DNA of 32,000 nucleotides from Okeania sp. (GTDB lineage Bacteria; Cyanobacteriota; Cyanobacteriia; Cyanobacteriales; Microcoleaceae): NCBI RefSeq assembly GCF_035285525.1, contig NZ_JAYKGW010000119.1, positions 24,336 to 56,335 of the forward strand, read 5' to 3'. Shown piece by piece: positions 28,107 to 32,000 of this stretch (position 1 is its first letter; each line of letters starts with the position of its first letter). The notes under the pieces were generated by a model. It saw only the letters and a program-made list of their open reading frames with translations, ran no database searches and was not told where the DNA came from. The position numbers and the translations under genes were made by a program.

Positions 28107-29897
28107 ATGAAACCAGAAAAAATTGCTCCTGGATTAATAAACGCCGTAGAATACTATCAACAACAAGGGGAAAAAGGTCTCAACCTGTACCTGCGCTCGA
28201 TGGGTATTATTAACGACCCCAAAAATGCAAAACCTGCTTTAGCATCAGTATTTATCCGTTGTGCAGAAAATGCTAATTTCAATCACCTGAAAGAATATGG
28301 AGTACAAGTCAAACAGTCTAGAGGTAAAATTCGTACAGCATTTGTTCCTCTAAAAAGCTTAGAGCGTTTATCCGGAGAATCAGCGATCGCTCGTATTACT
28401 CCCTCCCGTCACTTGAAACCTCTATTAAACATAGGTAAAACTACTATTAATTTACCTAATTTTCAGGCAAAAACTAAATTAACTGGCAAAGGAGTTATCA
28501 TCGGGATTATAGATAGCGGTATCGACACTACTCACCCTGCTTTTACGAATAGAATTTTGCGGATATGGGATCATACCCTTTCTAATGATGGTAACACCGA
28601 ATATCCGGAAGGTTTAGAACTAACTAACGACTTACCAAAAAAAATATTAAGAATGTCTCGCGACCAAACTGGTCATGGTACTCATGTTGCTGGTATTGCG
28701 GCAGGTAACTATCATGGTTGTACAGGTGTTGCTCCCCAAGCAGATTTAGTCATAGTTAAAGCAGGTTTGAATACAGATATTGCAGATGGGATAGACTACA
28801 TATTTCGGATAGCAGATGAACTGGAACGACCAGCAGTAGTGAATCTGAGTTTAGGAAACCACGATAATGCGCATGATGGTAGCGATCCGTTATGTAATTT
28901 CATTGACCAAGAATCTGGTCCTGGCAAAATTGTCTGTTGTGCGGCAGGTAATGAGGGAAACGTTGATATTCATGCAGAAACTATTCTCGAAAACAATCAA
29001 GAAGTTTCCATTCGTTTCCTTATACCTGCTTCCATCTGTGCCAATCATACCAGATGGCAAGCAGAATTAAATGGTTGGTATGCTAGTCAAGATAATATTG
29101 AAGTGGCAATACAGTCTCCAGAGGGAAATCGCACTCATTTTCAGAATATTGGTGAGAATGGCTACTCCCAAAAACATCACCATTTATCAGGAGCGCAGGT
29201 ACAAATTACTATGTACGGTCCAGAAAATACAGACAATGGCGAACATTGGTTTCATATTAAAATTAGTGACGATCCTGGTTCGGTGTCGATCGCTTCTGGA
29301 AATATAGGAACTTGGCGACTTTTGTTGAAAGGGGTTACGGTGAATCATGGTAGGGTTAATATCTGGAGTGGAGAGAATAAAAAAGGATTTGATGTCGTGT
29401 TTACAGGAGGTAAGGTACAAGATTTGATCAAAATTGGTTCTCCTGGTGCGGCAGCAAAGGCAATCACAGTTGGTTCTTACACAGCGCGACTTTCTTGGGA
29501 AGATGTGGAGAACAACTGGCAAAAGGTGGGATTAGATTTACATACAATTTCCGAGTTTAGTAGTCCAGGTCCTTTGCGTAATGGTATTCAGAAACCAGAT
29601 GTTGTTGCACCGGGAGAAATGATAATTTCTGCTTTGTCTTCTACTTCTAATTGTCCGCCGATGATGCAAGTTGACGAGTTTCATCGAGTGATGCGGGGTA
29701 CAAGTATGGCGACACCTTTTATTACTGGGTTGGTGGCTTTACTGTTGGAGAGGGAACCGCAGTTAACGCCTGAAGAAATTAAGGAACGTTTGCATTCTGC
29801 TAGTTTGATTCCGGGAAAACCTTCTGGCAGTTTTGACCCGAAATGGGGTTTTGGTTTGATTGATGCTGAGAAATTATTATATAGCGCTAGGGAATAG
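28107..29897 (+). CDS. subtilisin-like serine peptidase (S8 family), no signal peptide
   Basis: Catalytic triad contexts GIIDSGID (Asp), GHGTHVAGIAAG (His), GTSMATPFITG (Ser), with AAGNEG as the oxyanion Asn. Hydrophilic N-terminus MKPEKIAPGLINAVEYYQQQ. ~110 aa N-terminal region and ~200 aa insert before the Ser motif. Confidence 0.85.
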   Translation: MKPEKIAPGLINAVEYYQQQGEKGLNLYLRSMGIINDPKNAKPALASVFIRCAENANFNHLKEYGVQVKQSRGKIRTAFVPLKSLERLSGESAIARITPSRHLKPLLNIGKTTINLPNFQAKTKLTGKGVIIGIIDSGIDTTHPAFTNRILRIWDHTLSNDGNTEYPEGLELTNDLPKKILRMSRDQTGHGTHVAGIAAGNYHGCTGVAPQADLVIVKAGLNTDIADGIDYIFRIADELERPAVVNLSLGNHDNAHDGSDPLCNFIDQESGPGKIVCCAAGNEGNVDIHAETILENNQEVSIRFLIPASICANHTRWQAELNGWYASQDNIEVAIQSPEGNRTHFQNIGENGYSQKHHHLSGAQVQITMYGPENTDNGEHWFHIKISDDPGSVSIASGNIGTWRLLLKGVTVNHGRVNIWSGENKKGFDVVFTGGKVQDLIKIGSPGAAAKAITVGSYTARLSWEDVENNWQKVGLDLHTISEFSSPGPLRNGIQKPDVVAPGEMIISALSSTSNCPPMMQVDEFHRVMRGTSMATPFITGLVALLLEREPQLTPEEIKERLHSASLIPGKPSGSFDPKWGFGLIDAEKLLYSARE

Positions 29898-29958
29898 GGA
29901 ATAGGTATGGAGGGAATAGCGGTCCTTTTTACTGGCACAAAAAGGACCGTTTAGGTCT

Positions 29959-30083
29959 TGGACTGACGCGGGGTCTAACCAGTTACAACTGACATCATTG
30001 TGGGGTGAAACCACTATCTCATAGGGACAAATAGCCATTTGTCCCTACAGATAGTGCATAATTTCATGTTTTCGGTAAGTCCT
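29959..30083. mobile_element. MITE-like family D-related element
   Basis: tGGACTGACGCgg...ttttcgGTAAGTCCTgttt with an internal TAGGGACAAAT/ATTTGTCCCTA hairpin. Followed at 30138-30165 by a perfect GTAGGGACGTTG/CAACGTCCCTAC hairpin. Confidence 0.45.
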
Positions 30084-30250
30084 GTTTATGTATAATGTAT
30101 GTCCAACTTTTGACAGCAGTTTTCATTTGAGTAGATCGCAGTAGGGACGTTGCATACAACGTCCCTACAAAATTTTGGTTATGGCTCCGGTGGTTTATGA
30201 AGAGTGAAAAGTGCTGTAACTTTTGTCGTTAGCTCCTTATTTCCTTAAAA

Positions 30251-30874
30251 ATGACAGAAAATTTGATCATTTCCATCCATGAAACATTCCAAAGAACTAT
30301 TCAAGGAGAAGGCTATTGGGCAGGGACACCAGTAGATTTTATTCGTCTTGCTGGTTGTCCAGTAGGTTGTCATTATTGTGATACTGGCTATGCTGATGGA
30401 GGTATTAGTTTACCACGAGAATTGAAAACTTTTGATGAATTAATTAATGAATTATTTTCTCCAAGAATTGTTATTTCTGGTGGTGAACCTTTTATTCATA
30501 AACAACTACCTGCTTTAGTAAACAAAATAGAAGCTACTGGTAAAAAAGTTTCTATAGAAACTTCTGGTTGTTATTGGCAAGATATTTCTCCTAATACTTG
30601 GATAACTCTTAGTCCCAAACAACATATTAATCCTAAGTACGAGATTATACCACAAATGTGGAAACGCGCTTCAGAAATAAAATTAGTGATAGAAACTGGT
30701 AAAGAATTGGAGTTTTATAGTAAAATGTTATTAGAAAATAATAATATTCCTGTTTTTCTACAACCAGAATGGTATAGTCGAAATTTCACTTTACCATTGG
30801 TCTTAGAATTGCTTCAGAAATATCCCCATTACCGACTATCTGTACAGTTACATAAATATTTAGGGGTGCAATAA
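30251..30874 (+). CDS. queE: 7-carboxy-7-deazaguanine synthase-like radical SAM enzyme
   Basis: [37 protein letters not shown] is the QueE N-terminal signature with a Cx3Cx2C cluster. 207 aa. Confidence 0.75.
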   Translation: MTENLIISIHETFQRTIQGEGYWAGTPVDFIRLAGCPVGCHYCDTGYADGGISLPRELKTFDELINELFSPRIVISGGEPFIHKQLPALVNKIEATGKKVSIETSGCYWQDISPNTWITLSPKQHINPKYEIIPQMWKRASEIKLVIETGKELEFYSKMLLENNNIPVFLQPEWYSRNFTLPLVLELLQKYPHYRLSVQLHKYLGVQ

Positions 30875-30981
30875 TTTCGAGTATTAAAGTTAGAAATTAG
30901 AGTCCTTTAAAAGCTTTTGAGGGAATAGGAAACAGGGAATAGGGAATAGCAAAAAAAAAGACAAATAATTGTACTTTATCA

Positions 30982-31019
30982 GTAAGTATTCAGCCGTTAG
31001 CTGAAGGCTGAATACTTAC
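30982..31019. repeat. perfect 14-bp stem hairpin
   Basis: GTAAGTATTCAGCC (30982-30995) pairs with GGCTGAATACTTAC (31006-31019) across a 10-nt loop. No T-run, so it is not called a terminator. Confidence 0.6.
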
Positions 31020-31186
31020 CTTGATAACGAAAGGAAATTACCATAATATTTTTCCTTCTTTTGAGGAAACAGGGAATAGAAAATCAGAAAAATAACTGTA
31101 CTTCCTTCTTCCTTCCTCTCCCAATCAAAAAAAGCTGCCTATTGGTAAAAATAGACAGCGAGTTCAGAACTGCAGATGGAGATACA

Positions 31187-31280
31187 CCCTGATAGTTAAA
31201 AAAAATGTAGTAGATCCCCCTGATGGATAACTCCTAGATGGACTAATAACCTGATGGTTTAACTCCCTAATGGCTTAGTC
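31187..31280 (+). repeat. five imperfect direct repeats CCTRATGGNTWA at 14-31 nt spacing
   Basis: CCTGATAGTTAA (31188), CCTGATGGATAA (31219), CCTAGATGGACTAA (31233), CCTGATGGTTTAA (31250), CCTAATGGCTTA (31267). An inverted copy, CCATCAGG, lies at 31355-31362. Confidence 0.6.
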
Positions 31281-31498
31281 TCCACATCCCAAATAGCAAG
31301 ATTCGGGAGATAATAGTATAAGACTACTAACGCCTTACTTCCGGCTTTTGTAATCCATCAGGCTGTGCCTATGCTTCTTTTATAATTACAGACTGATTCT
31401 TGGAAATACAAGAGGTCTTTTGCAAAAACCCAGTTTTTGCAGATTGTAAGAGTATTAATAGTCGATTTGAAATAACTAGACAGGGTTCATCTACTACA

Positions 31499-31696
31499 AT
31501 GAAACAGAATATTATTGCTTTAGGGTTAATCGCCTCCGCAGGCTTAACATTTTCTCAAGCACCTAAGGCCAATGCCTGGAATTTTGGGCTGTCCAATCAG
31601 ACTACTATTGAAAAGAGTCAGATATTAGCTCAAGATGCTGAACCTTACACAGGGAATGGTGAAGATGAGAGAGAAGAAGTAAACACAGACAAATAA
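31499..31696 (+). CDS. small hypothetical secreted protein (65 aa)
   Basis: MKQNIIALGLIASAGLTFSQAPKANA looks like a Sec signal peptide with an A-x-A site, followed by an acidic tail. Start moved from 31400 to the ATG at 31499. Weak. Confidence 0.35.
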   Translation: MKQNIIALGLIASAGLTFSQAPKANAWNFGLSNQTTIEKSQILAQDAEPYTGNGEDEREEVNTDK

Positions 31697-31849
31697 AAAA
31701 AATCAGGAAAGCCGAAATAGCTTCTTTGATTGAGAATAGAAAGGTTAGACTAGATTTAACATTGGGTAGGACTCTAGATTAATGATTGGAGTCCTACCTT
31801 AAATTATTCTAGTCAGATTTTCTAATCAGTATTATCGTTATTGACCAAA

Positions 31850-32000
31850 ATGATGGACACAACAACTACTACTACACGCCGAAAAAGGCTGATTACGAGA
31901 ACTGCAGAAAGAAGACAAGCTACTCCCAAAGAAAGACAGTTAATCCATCTTTTAGCTAATCTTGGCTGTAGTTGTGCCAGATATGCCTTTGAACACTCTA
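31850..32000 (+). CDS. 5' fragment of an unidentified ORF running off the window
   Basis: ATG at 31850 gives MMDTTTTTTRRKRLITRTAERRQATPKERQLIHLLANLGCSCARYAFEHS..., open to the window edge. Confidence 0.3.
   Translation, partial: MMDTTTTTTRRKRLITRTAERRQATPKERQLIHLLANLGCSCARYAFEHS

Noticed and set aside
12778-29938. Other antisense or overlapping ORFs in the track: 12778-13041, 14723-14908, 15306-15560, 15769-15963, 18868-19074, 19071-19253, 21987-22316, 28867-29070, 29071-29307, 29187-29522, 29681-29938
   Set aside because: Each lies wholly within a longer, motif-supported gene, either on the opposite strand or in another frame, and has a biased low-complexity composition.
30251-30874. queE as part of a 7-deazaguanine DNA-modification (Dpd-like) defence system next to the subtilase
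   Set aside because: No dpdA/tgt-like, queC, queD or folE genes are in the window. A lone queE is most simply the queuosine housekeeping gene, and it is separated from the S8 gene by MITE DNA.

Overview
AT-rich chromosomal segment of a cyanobacterium. The evidence is psaF-psaJ, a Tic22-like gene, at least 14 copies of the HIP1 octamer GCGATCGC, and many heptamer tandem repeats of the kind described for heterocystous Nostocales; the taxon is an inference. Most of the window is housekeeping: sucC/sucD, a CPA2 antiporter, a C-N hydrolase, psaF-psaJ, tsaD, three GNAT acetyltransferases, an alpha/beta hydrolase, tRNA-Pro(UGG), a Tic22-like protein, prmC, a tsaC/sua5-like gene, a degenerate histidine kinase, a threonine aldolase-like lyase, ribD and a queE-like radical SAM gene. 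Intergenic space is saturated with at least five MITE-like families and short tandem repeats. Structures the ORF track does not explain: (1) tsaD is split by an ORF-less group II intron of about 934 nt (7726-8659). (2) The prmC-tsaC spacer holds three decayed tandem copies of the tsaC promoter plus 5' coding region, one of them split by a MITE. (3) A 2.6-copy, ~194-bp tandem array (19686-20148) carries mutually exclusive hairpins and terminator-like stems. (4) Heptamer arrays abut or supply the stop codons of at least seven genes. (5) An accessory islet at 23.2-30.1 kb contains an AT-rich GT-C glycosyltransferase, a family-less 259-264 aa protein, decayed toxin-antitoxin remnants and a leaderless S8 subtilase. 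The orphan protein plus cytoplasmic subtilase is my best candidate for an undescribed protease/effector conflict module, but the link is inference only. psaJ (5865-5990, minus strand) is missing from the ORF track and was found by hand translation.
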